DNA of 64,000 nucleotides, from IMG/VR virus record IMGVR_UViG_3300008262_000001, one strand, 5' to 3'. The notes beneath the pieces were generated by a model. The model did not search any database and was not told the DNA's origin. It saw nothing but the letters and a program-made list of their open reading frames with translations. Numbering within the stretch: the first letter of the stretch is position 1; each line of letters opens with the position of its first letter. Shown here in pieces: positions 46,750-55,535 of the stretch. The position numbers and the translations under genes were made by a program. This DNA is from a virus. Taxonomy: Duplodnaviria > Caudoviricetes.

Positions 46750-46777
46750 ATTTTAGCATTCGAAATCTATTAGTTTC
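46750..46777 (-). promoter_or_regulatory. Putative promoter GAAAC-N17-TAAAAT
   Basis: Exact 17-nt spacer, upstream of the vWA gene. Confidence 0.5.
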
Positions 46778-46793
46778 CTAAAGTATATAAAAT

Positions 46794-47063
46794 ATGGAGA
46801 ACCCACTACCATTTGAGGAGGAATGGATTTCAGATAAAATCTCTATAAGAAGATTTGCATCAGATACAAATTCAGAGGAACTAAAATGGCATTTTGATGA
46901 AGAGGATCGGGTAATTGAAACAGAAGAAAACACAGATTGGCAATTCCAATTTGATAATAAATTACCACAGCCAATACTTGGTAAGATTCTAATCAAGAAA
47001 GGAGAATGGCACAGATTAATCAGGGGTTCTTCTGAGTTGAGTATCAAAATAACAAGATTGTAA
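46794..47063 (+). CDS. Small cupin-like protein
   Basis: LKWHFDEEDR...WQFQFDN.LP...GEWHRLIRG. Confidence 0.65.
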   Translation: MENPLPFEEEWISDKISIRRFASDTNSEELKWHFDEEDRVIETEENTDWQFQFDNKLPQPILGKILIKKGEWHRLIRGSSELSIKITRL

Positions 47064-47091
47064 TTTTTTTTAAACTCGCGATAAATACTTC

Positions 47092-47265
47092 ATGAGCAAC
47101 GAAGAATATTTAGAAGAAATTTTACACGAAGCACACAGATTAGGTGTGGTTTCAGAGATAATCTCTAGGGTTCCAGAGAACGTTCAAGACAGGGAAAGAA
47201 CTGATGCTTTCTTAAAGGCTTTCCGTGAAGTTGTCAAAGAAAAAAATTTAGAGCATTCTCTCTAA
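47092..47265 (+). CDS. 57-aa hypothetical protein (MSNEEYLEEILHEAHRLG...)
   Basis: Hand translation; GATAAATAC at 47080-47088. Confidence 0.6.
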   Translation: MSNEEYLEEILHEAHRLGVVSEIISRVPENVQDRERTDAFLKAFREVVKEKNLEHSL

Positions 47266-48281
47266 AGAATAATTTCACTATCAAGATCTATAAGGTTGTG
47301 ATCTCCGTCTGGTATCTCAACATAGTCATACTTCTTATAAGTCTTAGCATAACTTTTAGCCTTGTCTTTTAGAATTTGAACTATATCTGAAGGCATTTTA
47401 GTCCCAAAGCAATCTTCAAAAATATATTTGTAAATTCTAATCGATGCGTTGCCTACCAGTCCTGGAGTTTCGTTATGTTCTATACACCAAGCCTTGTTTT
47501 CATTGTCAATAGCAACATCTAAACCAACAAAGTTGAGATTAGGATAGAAGTCAAAAATAGATTGAGCTATAGGCTTTATTTGACTCCAATATGGAAATAA
47601 ATTGATATCTATAGGTTCCCAAATAAACTTGGATTTGATCTCTTTTTCCTTTGCCTCATTTACTCTCAAAGATTTTGATTTTTTATTATTTGGAGTTCTG
47701 CACCAAACGCCAAAAGCCTTTATTCTTTGATCATTGTTACCCTTAAATAACATTATTCTATACTCGTCTTGAATAGGAATACATTCTTGGTAAACATCAA
47801 ACTTCTTATTTCCTAATTGCTCAATAGAATCTATTTTTTCTACACCCTTGGATTGATAGGAATCATCTTTTTTGGCAATGATAGGAAATCTTAATGTTTT
47901 TAAATCCTGCTTATTGAACACTGTCTTTGGGAACCAATCTACTTTTTTATCTAAAGCTTTTTTAGCAAGATCTTTCTTGCCTGGATCGAAGTCTGACGGA
48001 TGATTATAAATTAAAGACTTCTTAGGTAAATCACCATTCTTCAAAAGATCTTTTGATCTTTTCGGATTTCTCCAGAAAAGCAATGGCAATTCTTTGTCTA
48101 TTTTATTGAATTTATTTCTTTCATAGAAATCCACCCAATAGTTTTTCATATCATCACCTATCTCTTCCTCAGCATCCTGAAAGTTTAGGGAACAATAGAT
48201 TTGTACCTTTTTGAAAAAGTCATTAACCATTTTTTCAATGTTAGATTTTTGGAAATTTTCAAAAAGTTTGATGTGTTTCAT
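47262..48281 (-). CDS. RimK-like ATP-grasp ligase with MKHIKLFENF tag
   Basis: FPKT, FPIIAK....SKGV, YQECI....EYRI, GLDV..D....CIEHNETPG; GATATATAC at 48286-48294. Confidence 0.8.
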   Translation of the reverse strand: MKHIKLFENFQKSNIEKMVNDFFKKVQIYCSLNFQDAEEEIGDDMKNYWVDFYERNKFNKIDKELPLLFWRNPKRSKDLLKNGDLPKKSLIYNHPSDFDPGKKDLAKKALDKKVDWFPKTVFNKQDLKTLRFPIIAKKDDSYQSKGVEKIDSIEQLGNKKFDVYQECIPIQDEYRIMLFKGNNDQRIKAFGVWCRTPNNKKSKSLRVNEAKEKEIKSKFIWEPIDINLFPYWSQIKPIAQSIFDFYPNLNFVGLDVAIDNENKAWCIEHNETPGLVGNASIRIYKYIFEDCFGTKMPSDIVQILKDKAKSYAKTYKKYDYVEIPDGDHNLIDLDSEIIL

Positions 48282-48295
48282 AGCAGTATATATCT

Positions 48296-48330
48296 AAAAT
48301 AAAAGGGTCAGACTTTGGATGTCTGACCCT
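48296..48330 (-). terminator. Intrinsic terminator after the endolysin
   Basis: Perfect 10-bp stem AGGGTCAGAC/GTCTGACCCT, 7-nt loop, T-rich tail on minus strand. Confidence 0.85.
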
Positions 48331-48348
48331 ATAAAATTAAAATAGTGT

Positions 48349-49182
48349 TTAGGCCAAGAGGCTATAGTATTCTTTGAAATGTTTGATACGATCAGGTAAT
48401 CCAATAGTTCCTCCGTTTACTCTCTTTGTTACTGCTGTGACAGTTGCATCATCTGCACCTTTATCACATATGCTCCAAAGTCCGTTATTGTTGAAGAAAA
48501 ATGCAGCAGACATCAATGGATATTTAGTTGCAACTAAATCTGGATTGGCTAAGATATCTTCATCAACCATTTTATCGAAAGCTGAGTAATTAGATTTTCC
48601 TGTTAGTTGGATATAACCTCTACCTCTGAATTTATAGCCATCACCAGAAGCTTCATCTCCATTTCCCATTCTAGAAGAATAAACCTTGTTGGCAATTTTT
48701 TCGGGTTGTCTAGAATATGATTCGTTTAAGTTTCCAGGAAAGTATTTAGGAAAAATCTTTTTAAGGCCATCAGCTGAATAGTTTAGATTCTCAGAGACAG
48801 CTTTGAAACCTCCTGATTCATGACCACACTGAGCTAAGAAGTGTGCAAGTCTTAAAGTGTTTGTAATTCCAAATTTTGCAGCAGTGTCTGGAATCTGTGC
48901 AATCACTGCATCCGGAATATGACCTTTTAGTTTATCCAGCTTGAAAGAGCTTGATGGAATGGTAACTGGTGATGCTGAAGGGGCATCAGGAAAAGAAGCA
49001 GTAACTCCCATCCGATCCAATGTTGCTGGGCCTGCTATTCCGTCAGCAGTGAGACCGTGTTTTTCTTGCCATTGTTTTAGCGATTGTTCTGTGCCTGGAC
49101 CGAAATTTCCGTCTGCTCCAATTCCTAGAGCTTTCTGTAATCTTTCCACATCAGGACCTTTAGAGCCGAGTTTAAGAATCAT
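48349..49182 (-). CDS. Modular endolysin: peptidoglycan-binding domain + GH19
   Basis: LKLGSKGPDVERLQ..LG..DG.FG..T..DGIAG..T; AHFLAQCGHES, GDG.KFRGRGYIQLTG; GATATATAG at 49198-49206. Confidence 0.92.
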   Translation of the reverse strand: MILKLGSKGPDVERLQKALGIGADGNFGPGTEQSLKQWQEKHGLTADGIAGPATLDRMGVTASFPDAPSASPVTIPSSSFKLDKLKGHIPDAVIAQIPDTAAKFGITNTLRLAHFLAQCGHESGGFKAVSENLNYSADGLKKIFPKYFPGNLNESYSRQPEKIANKVYSSRMGNGDEASGDGYKFRGRGYIQLTGKSNYSAFDKMVDEDILANPDLVATKYPLMSAAFFFNNNGLWSICDKGADDATVTAVTKRVNGGTIGLPDRIKHFKEYYSLLA

Positions 49183-49223
49183 GAGATATATTTTTTACTA
49201 TATATCCCCAAAAAGTCCTTAAT

Positions 49224-49472
49224 TTACTTAAATGAAATCACTTCGATCTCAATAGAATCTCCTGGACAATATTGTTTATCTACCACGAACGTGTTGTCCC
49301 AACAATCAGTTTTAACCCTCCATTGATTTTTCCTGTTGATTTCATCCATAACAGAAACTATTGGAATTTTTTCAGAAGAAACAACTTCACATTTGACTTT
49401 CTTGACTTCCTTTTGTTTATCGAAACAGCCGATAATGAAAACTGGAATGATTAAATAAATTATTTTTTTCAT
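49224..49472 (-). CDS. Small lipoprotein
   Basis: MKKIIYLIIPVFIIG|C lipobox. Confidence 0.65.
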   Translation of the reverse strand: MKKIIYLIIPVFIIGCFDKQKEVKKVKCEVVSSEKIPIVSVMDEINRKNQWRVKTDCWDNTFVVDKQYCPGDSIEIEVISFK

Positions 49473-49478
49473 AGTCTT

Positions 49479-49664
49479 TTAGTATCGTTTAAAATCTCTT
49501 AAATAAACATGGACCCTTTCTTCAGGAATAGAAAAACAGAAACTTTTTTGTGTGAGTTTATTTCCTCCAGGAAATTTATCATTCATAACTTCAAAAAGCT
49601 CCTTTCTGCTTCCTTCCAATTCAATACCTTCAATGTCAGGGTAATTTAGTGTTTTTCTTCCCAT
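49479..49664 (-). CDS. Hypothetical protein
   Basis: 61-aa ORF. Confidence 0.55.
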   Translation of the reverse strand: MGRKTLNYPDIEGIELEGSRKELFEVMNDKFPGGNKLTQKSFCFSIPEERVHVYLRDFKRY

Positions 49665-49748
49665 GAATATTTTAGTCGTGAAGTCGGAAATAATTCGTCC
49701 AATTGTTATTCACCTGCGAATCTATGGGAATTTTCTAAATAAAAAAAA

Positions 49749-50438
49749 TTATTCTCCAGATTTTCCTGATCCTTGCGAAGCATATTTAACACCCATTATA
49801 GTACCGATAATACTAAAGGCATTTGTTAATAGAATACCAAACATATTGCTCCAGGTAGAACTAATTATTTGTGTGTCCTTATCTGTGAACATTGCAGTTA
49901 AATAAAGCCCGGTTGTGACCAAACCTACTCCTAGAATTATATAAAGAGCAACCCTTACTATGGTGCTAATTAATTCGAATTGTGTTCTTTTCTGTAGAAC
50001 ATCTAAATCATTTTCAGCATTTTGTTTAGCCTTTTCTGCTTCTTCCCTTGCTCTCTCAGATTTAAGCATTTCTTCCCTGAGTTCTTGACTCATCCTTTCG
50101 TTGTCATCTTTCCAGAGTAGCAGTTCTTTATTTTGACTTTCGATTTGTTCTTTAGAAGTTTCTGTTTGAGTAAGGGCTTCCTGAAGCTCCTCCATTATTC
50201 TTTTGTTCTCATCATTAAGATCCAATAACTCCTTATTTTTTGTCTGGATCTGTTTGGTGATTTCGAGCCTTTTCTTCCTAGTGGCAATATCTTTCTCTGA
50301 ACACTTTTTTAAATACTCGCTAAATTCCTCGTCCCCACCAGAATCTATTACTTTAATGATGTTACCTTCTAAAAAAAGATTTTTAGATTCAGAGATGGAA
50401 ATTAATTCCTTCTTTATTTCACTGGTTAGTTTAATCAC
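49749..50438 (-). CDS. Coiled-coil membrane protein with two C-terminal TM helices (last gene of the TCS operon)
   Basis: GTG start overlapping the response regulator TGA; about 110-aa heptad region; two hydrophobic segments. Confidence 0.75.
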   Translation of the reverse strand: MIKLTSEIKKELISISESKNLFLEGNIIKVIDSGGDEEFSEYLKKCSEKDIATRKKRLEITKQIQTKNKELLDLNDENKRIMEELQEALTQTETSKEQIESQNKELLLWKDDNERMSQELREEMLKSERAREEAEKAKQNAENDLDVLQKRTQFELISTIVRVALYIILGVGLVTTGLYLTAMFTDKDTQIISSTWSNMFGILLTNAFSIIGTIMGVKYASQGSGKSGE

Positions 50439-50866
50439 TTATAAACTTTGAAAGGTGCAGTTCTTTTTTTGTATCCGTCGTAATCCTTTTTAAATTCTTC
50501 AAGTCTTGGTTCAATATCATCAGATTTTATAATCCAAAATTGAGCTCCCGCTTGTATTGCTTTAGCCTGTTCATCGGGTTCATTAGATGATGAAATTATA
50601 CCTATCACAACGTGATTTCCGTATTCAAAGTTGATTTTTCTAATAAGCTCGATACCATCAAAGGAAGAACCTATGATATTCAAGTCAACAAAAACACATT
50701 CTGGTTTTTCTGCTGGGTTTTTCTGCCACTGCTGGAAAAGTTTAGCAGCTTCATCTGAGCTGTTCAAGGTCTTTAAAGAAAGAGTTATATCTAACAATGA
50801 ACAGGAATCCTCAAAAACTAAGTGGAATAAGTCCTCATCGTCTACTAACAAAATTGAATCAATCAT
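50435..50866 (-). CDS. Single-domain CheY-like response regulator
   Basis: LLVDDE, phospho-acceptor CVFVD, IISSS, conserved K in WIIKS; no output domain. Confidence 0.92.
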   Translation of the reverse strand: MIDSILLVDDEDLFHLVFEDSCSLLDITLSLKTLNSSDEAAKLFQQWQKNPAEKPECVFVDLNIIGSSFDGIELIRKINFEYGNHVVIGIISSSNEPDEQAKAIQAGAQFWIIKSDDIEPRLEEFKKDYDGYKKRTAPFKVYK

Positions 50867-50870
50867 AATT

Positions 50871-52154
50871 TTATTTCAGTTTAATTATTATTTTGGTTCC
50901 GATGTCATTTTTATCACACAACATCTCAAATCCGTGCTCCTTAAAAATTACATTAGAAATACTCAAACCCAGTCCCATTTCCCCTTCCTCTTGTTCTTCC
51001 CTTTTGCGTTTGATGATTTTTTCAAACTGTTTTCTTGTTAGTCCTCTCCCGTTGTCTTGAACTACGAGATTTTCTTCTTCCATGTAAATTCTAACATATT
51101 TATCCTCGTTGTCATTATATTTAAGTCCATTCTTTATAAGATTATCGAGTGCATTACAAAATAATACTGCATTAACCTCTAAGTCAGGAAGCGACTCAAG
51201 TTTAACCTGGTTTGAATAAGAGGTGTTGCTCATATAGTTTTGCAATATCTCGGAAATACTAATCAACTTTTTATCTAAAACAACATTTTGCTTTACCAAA
51301 TTAGTAAACTCGTACACACTCTTGTAAACCCTTTGAGTGTGAGCCAATCCATCCTTAATCATTTTTAAAGAGGTCTCTATCTTAAGATTTTGTACTTCTT
51401 CTGGAGATATCCTCTTTTCTAAAGAAGTCAGTCCCCTAGGAATGTATGTGTTAATTCCCGAGTGCATATCGTGCCTGATAATTCTGGCTGCGTGCTCTAA
51501 ATAAGTGTTCTTTTTGTTTATATCGTCTAACTGGCTTTCTATCTCTCCGTCTTTGACCCTGATTGTTTTTCTCTGTAAAAGAACCATAACTCCAAGTATT
51601 GAAAGAACTAATCCAATAATTGCAGTATAAAGATATTTCTTATATGTTTCTTTTTCAGTCTTTAAAATTTCCTTGTCAACTATAAGATTTCCATTTTCGT
51701 CTTTTAAATCTCCAGATTCAAGAGTTAAGGTAACAATGTTCTTTTCCTTTTTAAGAGTTTTAATTGTTCCCTCTTTAGTTTCGACTAATTTTTGATTAAC
51801 AACTTTTGCTTGGAGTAACGAATCTCTCTCTTGAATAAGCTTATTTATTTTATTATCAATCTCTTGAAGAATATTCTTTAAATCCTGCTTGGGAAGTTCT
51901 TCGTAAGTTTTTGGTAACGTCTCTAAGAACTGTAAATCTTTTTTAACGCTTTCAACTACAAATAGTTCATCTTCCAAGATTGTTGCGGTTATGACTTTTT
52001 CCTCCTTAGGTTCAAACACCTTTTCTGGTTCAACCCATACAGGGCGTATTCTTCTGTCCACTACTGTATCTTGCGATAAAGAAAATAAAGGTAAGAATAG
52101 AATTAAAAGGATAAGGGCATTTTTCATTTTTTCCATTGTGATTTGTGTTTCCAA
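50871..52154 (-). CDS. Histidine kinase with exported coiled-coil N-terminus and one TM
   Basis: Signal MKNALILLILFLPLFSLS|Q; TM YTAIIGLVLSILGVMVLL; H-box RHDM, N-box DNLIKNGLKY, G1 QDNGRG, G2 GLGL. Confidence 0.9.
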   Translation of the reverse strand: METQITMEKMKNALILLILFLPLFSLSQDTVVDRRIRPVWVEPEKVFEPKEEKVITATILEDELFVVESVKKDLQFLETLPKTYEELPKQDLKNILQEIDNKINKLIQERDSLLQAKVVNQKLVETKEGTIKTLKKEKNIVTLTLESGDLKDENGNLIVDKEILKTEKETYKKYLYTAIIGLVLSILGVMVLLQRKTIRVKDGEIESQLDDINKKNTYLEHAARIIRHDMHSGINTYIPRGLTSLEKRISPEEVQNLKIETSLKMIKDGLAHTQRVYKSVYEFTNLVKQNVVLDKKLISISEILQNYMSNTSYSNQVKLESLPDLEVNAVLFCNALDNLIKNGLKYNDNEDKYVRIYMEEENLVVQDNGRGLTRKQFEKIIKRKREEQEEGEMGLGLSISNVIFKEHGFEMLCDKNDIGTKIIIKLK

Positions 52155-52711
52155 ACTTTTCTTTGTCTGATTCTTTCTTGACCAACAAGTTCCAAATCAC
52201 CTAGTCCCCCAAATCCCCTTTCTCTTGATCCTGGACCTTGTCCGTTTTCAGAATATTCTAAGAATCTTCTATATTCACTGTCTTTCATCCTTGGTAAAAA
52301 AATTCCATAGTCGTCAGTTGTAAGAAAATATCTTGAAAGGTCTAAAACATAAAGCTCAGTATCTAAAGGACTTGAGGTGAAAATAATCGAAGGTGAAAGT
52401 GACCATTTCCATATGCTATCTAAAAGAGCGTTATTCCATGCTAAAGAGGAATCTAATGAATTTTTGAGACTATCAATTTCTTTATTTTGTAATGAAATAA
52501 AACGATTAAGACTATCCGTTGTGTTTTTAAAAGCTTTAAATTTATTTAGCATCAACAGATTTTGTTCATCGATAGTTCTGTTAATCTCTTCACTTTGTGC
52601 GATTGTCAGAATAACTACAGAGTCCCCACGAAAAATAGTTTGAATGGGATATTGGTTTTGTGAATAAACCAAAGAAGAAATTAGGAGGAAAACTAATAAT
52701 AGCGTTTTCAT
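52124..52711 (-). CDS. Secreted coiled-coil protein (TCS accessory)
   Basis: Signal MKTLLLVFLLISSLVYS|Q; coupled on both sides to kinase genes. Confidence 0.7.
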   Translation of the reverse strand: MKTLLLVFLLISSLVYSQNQYPIQTIFRGDSVVILTIAQSEEINRTIDEQNLLMLNKFKAFKNTTDSLNRFISLQNKEIDSLKNSLDSSLAWNNALLDSIWKWSLSPSIIFTSSPLDTELYVLDLSRYFLTTDDYGIFLPRMKDSEYRRFLEYSENGQGPGSRERGFGGLGDLELVGQERIRQRKVWKHKSQWKK

Positions 52712-54834
52712 TATAGCATCTTTATTTTCATCTTGGTCCCTATTTGGTTTTTCTCACAAGTTATAGAAAATCCATGCTCGTGAAGAATTGCTACACATAT
52801 GTTTAAACCTAATCCGGTTCCAGATTCCTTTTGCCCCTCTTTCCTAGTATAGGGTTTAGATAAATGTTCAAAGTCTTCCTGTGTTATACCTCTTCCATTA
52901 TCCTGTATATAAAGAGTATCTTCTTCAAAATAAATCTTGACAAATTTTGTTTCCGAGTCATTGTACTTAAGTCCATTCCTTATTAGGTTGTCTACAGCAG
53001 TACAAAATAGTGGTTCATTCACGCTGATTGTTGGAAGATCTGAAATGATAACTTGACTATGATAAGCAGTTGCAGAAAGATAGTCCTGTAGGATTATTTT
53101 TAAATTACAATCTGTTCTATTTAGAACTACATCCTTCTTTACTAAATTTGTAAATTCATAAACACCCTTGTAAACCTTCTGGGCATGTCTAAGACCTTCT
53201 TTGATCATTTTGATTGGAGCTTCAATTTTAAGCGAATCTATATCTTCCTGTTTGAGCCTTCTTTCTAAAGATCCTAGTCCTCTAGGAATATACGTATTAA
53301 TCCCAGAGTGCATATCGTGTCTTAAAATTTTAGCAGCATGTTCCAAATAAGTGTTCTTTTTTTCTATTTCATTTTTTTGTTTAACAGATTCAGTAACATT
53401 AGTAGCAATTTTCATTATTCTATATGGTTTCCCATCAGTAGTTAAAATTGGATTATAGGTGGATTGAAGAAAAACCTGTTCCCCATTTTTTCTGATCCTA
53501 ACTACATCGTTTGAAAAATAAATTCCCATGCATAGATTTTTCCACATGTTGGAATATTCCCTACTATTTTTCTCCTCTTCTGAAACAAACAAACTATGAT
53601 TCTTTCCTTTTATTTCATCAAAAGAATCGTAACCCATAGTTTCCAAAAAAAGATTATTAGCAAACATTATATTCCCGTCTAAATCAAATTCTATAACAGC
53701 ATTGGATTGATTGATAGCATTCATCCTATTTCTAATCTCAGTTTCTTTTCTTATAACTTCAGTTACATCTTGTCGAATGGAATGGAATCCCTCTAGTTTA
53801 CCCCCAGAATCAAAAATTGCCTTGATATAAGTATCAACATAATATAAATGTCCATTCTTCGATCTGTTAACTACAATGTCATTCCATATTTGTCCATTCA
53901 AAACTTTCTCATACATTTTCCCCCAGTATCCATCAGGTTGTAGACCGGAGTTTACAATAGAGTGATCTTGACCACAAGCTTCTTCTAGACTCCAACCAGA
54001 AACTTCAGAAAATTTTTCGTTGACATAAGTTATTTTTCCGTTTTTATCAGCTATTGAAACCAGAGATGATTTGTCGATAAAATTTTCAGTTTCTTTGATT
54101 CTCCTAAGCAAATCATTGGTTTCGTGCATCGAGAATCCAAACGAATATAGCGAAGAAAGGATCTGTGCAAAATTAACTTCTATTTTTCTCCATTTCCTAG
54201 AGGTGAGATTCTCTATACAAATCACACCAATATTTGATCCCTTGTACCAAATAGGAACATCCAGCATCGATTTTATCCCTAAAGGTTTTAGATATGGATC
54301 AGTAAAACATCTTGTGGAGGGATGGTTTTCAGCATCATTTGCAACTATTATTGGTTCATTTCTCAAAGCTTCAAAATACTCTGAAAAATCTTTTTCGAAT
54401 AACTCTATTCCGTCTTGGAATGAATCTTCTAATTTTGAATACAATTGCTGACAAACAATCCCAGATCTATCTTTGTTATACAACCAAATAGAAGCTCTAT
54501 CTGCATCAATCGTTTCCGTTATTTCTTTAGTTACAGACCTTGCTGCTTGATCGATATCACCAAAATAGTAAATTTCATTATATGCCTGTTTAATCAGGGA
54601 AGAATTAATTTTCTTAGAATAATCATTCAGAAATATTGTGTCTTTCGTTTTGATTTTGAGATCCCTAATGAGCATAAAAAAGAAGGGAGCGAAAGAAAGG
54701 AAACAAATATATTCGGTTATCCTAGTTAACCTAGAACTTTGTACGGTCTCGAAAAGAACTAATGTTTTTACCGAAAAGAATATTGTCATTAAAACAATAC
54801 AAACCAGTAAAGATATTTTAGAGGATTTAAGCAT
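52711..54834 (-). CDS. Sensor histidine kinase: 2TM-GAF-PAS-PAS-HisKA-like-HATPase
   Basis: GAF (RASIWLY..SMLDVPI..GVICIE); PAS (YVNEKF..SG..GQDH; FANNLF..MGY..GKNHSLF); RHDM, DNLIRNGLKY, QDNGRG, GTGLGL. Confidence 0.93.
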   Translation of the reverse strand: MLKSSKISLLVCIVLMTIFFSVKTLVLFETVQSSRLTRITEYICFLSFAPFFFMLIRDLKIKTKDTIFLNDYSKKINSSLIKQAYNEIYYFGDIDQAARSVTKEITETIDADRASIWLYNKDRSGIVCQQLYSKLEDSFQDGIELFEKDFSEYFEALRNEPIIVANDAENHPSTRCFTDPYLKPLGIKSMLDVPIWYKGSNIGVICIENLTSRKWRKIEVNFAQILSSLYSFGFSMHETNDLLRRIKETENFIDKSSLVSIADKNGKITYVNEKFSEVSGWSLEEACGQDHSIVNSGLQPDGYWGKMYEKVLNGQIWNDIVVNRSKNGHLYYVDTYIKAIFDSGGKLEGFHSIRQDVTEVIRKETEIRNRMNAINQSNAVIEFDLDGNIMFANNLFLETMGYDSFDEIKGKNHSLFVSEEEKNSREYSNMWKNLCMGIYFSNDVVRIRKNGEQVFLQSTYNPILTTDGKPYRIMKIATNVTESVKQKNEIEKKNTYLEHAAKILRHDMHSGINTYIPRGLGSLERRLKQEDIDSLKIEAPIKMIKEGLRHAQKVYKGVYEFTNLVKKDVVLNRTDCNLKIILQDYLSATAYHSQVIISDLPTISVNEPLFCTAVDNLIRNGLKYNDSETKFVKIYFEEDTLYIQDNGRGITQEDFEHLSKPYTRKEGQKESGTGLGLNICVAILHEHGFSITCEKNQIGTKMKIKML

Positions 54835-54846
54835 TTAGTTTACTTG

Positions 54847-54855
54847 CTATATATC
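54847..54855 (-). promoter_or_regulatory. Putative late promoter GATATATAG heading the TCS operon
   Basis: Motif 12 nt upstream of ATG. Confidence 0.55.
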
Positions 54856-54875
54856 CCCTAAGTAGACAAAGGAAC

Positions 54876-55304
54876 CTATGATTTTCTTAATTCCCTAGAT
54901 AATTCTTTTTCCTTAATAGAAGCTCTTTTGTCATAGTTTTTCTTACCCCTAGAAAGAGCAATTTTTATTTTGATCTTACCTCTTTCATTGGTAAATATCA
55001 AGAAAGGAACGATTGTAATTCCTGTACTTAATCCTCTTTGCAATTTTGCAATCTCACTTTTTTTAAGGAGTAATTTTTTAACCCGTAAAGAATCATGAGA
55101 AAAATCACCTAAAGGAGAAACATTTAAGCCTTTAAGAAAAATTTCATTTTTGTCAATATAGCAAAAAGCATCTACCATAGACACCTTACCTGATATTATA
55201 GACTTTACCTCTGAGCCTAACAATTGAATTCCTGCTGTATACTCCTCAAGAAAAAAATAATCGAAAGATGCTTTCCTGTTTTTAATGTAAATACTATTCT
55301 TCAT
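54876..55304 (-). CDS. smpB: SsrA-binding protein SmpB
   Basis: NRKA.FDY...EY.AGI.L.GSEVKS, KKLLLKKSEI..L, TIVP, GKKNYDKR. Confidence 0.93.
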   Translation of the reverse strand: MKNSIYIKNRKASFDYFFLEEYTAGIQLLGSEVKSIISGKVSMVDAFCYIDKNEIFLKGLNVSPLGDFSHDSLRVKKLLLKKSEIAKLQRGLSTGITIVPFLIFTNERGKIKIKIALSRGKKNYDKRASIKEKELSRELRKS

Positions 55305-55328
55305 ACGTATAGATCCAATTGCTAAATG

Positions 55329-55532
55329 TTAAGTGGTCTTTGGTGGAACCTTTATTGTTATAGAGTCACCATTTGAAGATAATTCGAAGCCTTCTGGAGA
55401 GAGATTTTTAAAATATTCCAGATAAAAATCAACACGCTCATTTTTTGGACTATTTGAAACAGGTTCTAGGGTAAAAGACTTATATGTCTGTATCCTTGTT
55501 CCATAACGTCCAAAATCTGAAAAGGTAGTCAT
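55329..55532 (-). CDS. Hypothetical protein (MTTFSDF...)
   Basis: 67 aa; GATATATAAG at 55535-55544 overlapping the upstream stop. Confidence 0.6.
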   Translation of the reverse strand: MTTFSDFGRYGTRIQTYKSFTLEPVSNSPKNERVDFYLEYFKNLSPEGFELSSNGDSITIKVPPKTT

Positions 55533-55535
55533 AAC

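Noticed and set aside
49749-54834. TCS cluster as contaminating host chromosome
   Set aside because: Same AT-rich composition, the same GATATATA motif and tight packing with phage genes on both sides; read-level confirmation is still advisable.
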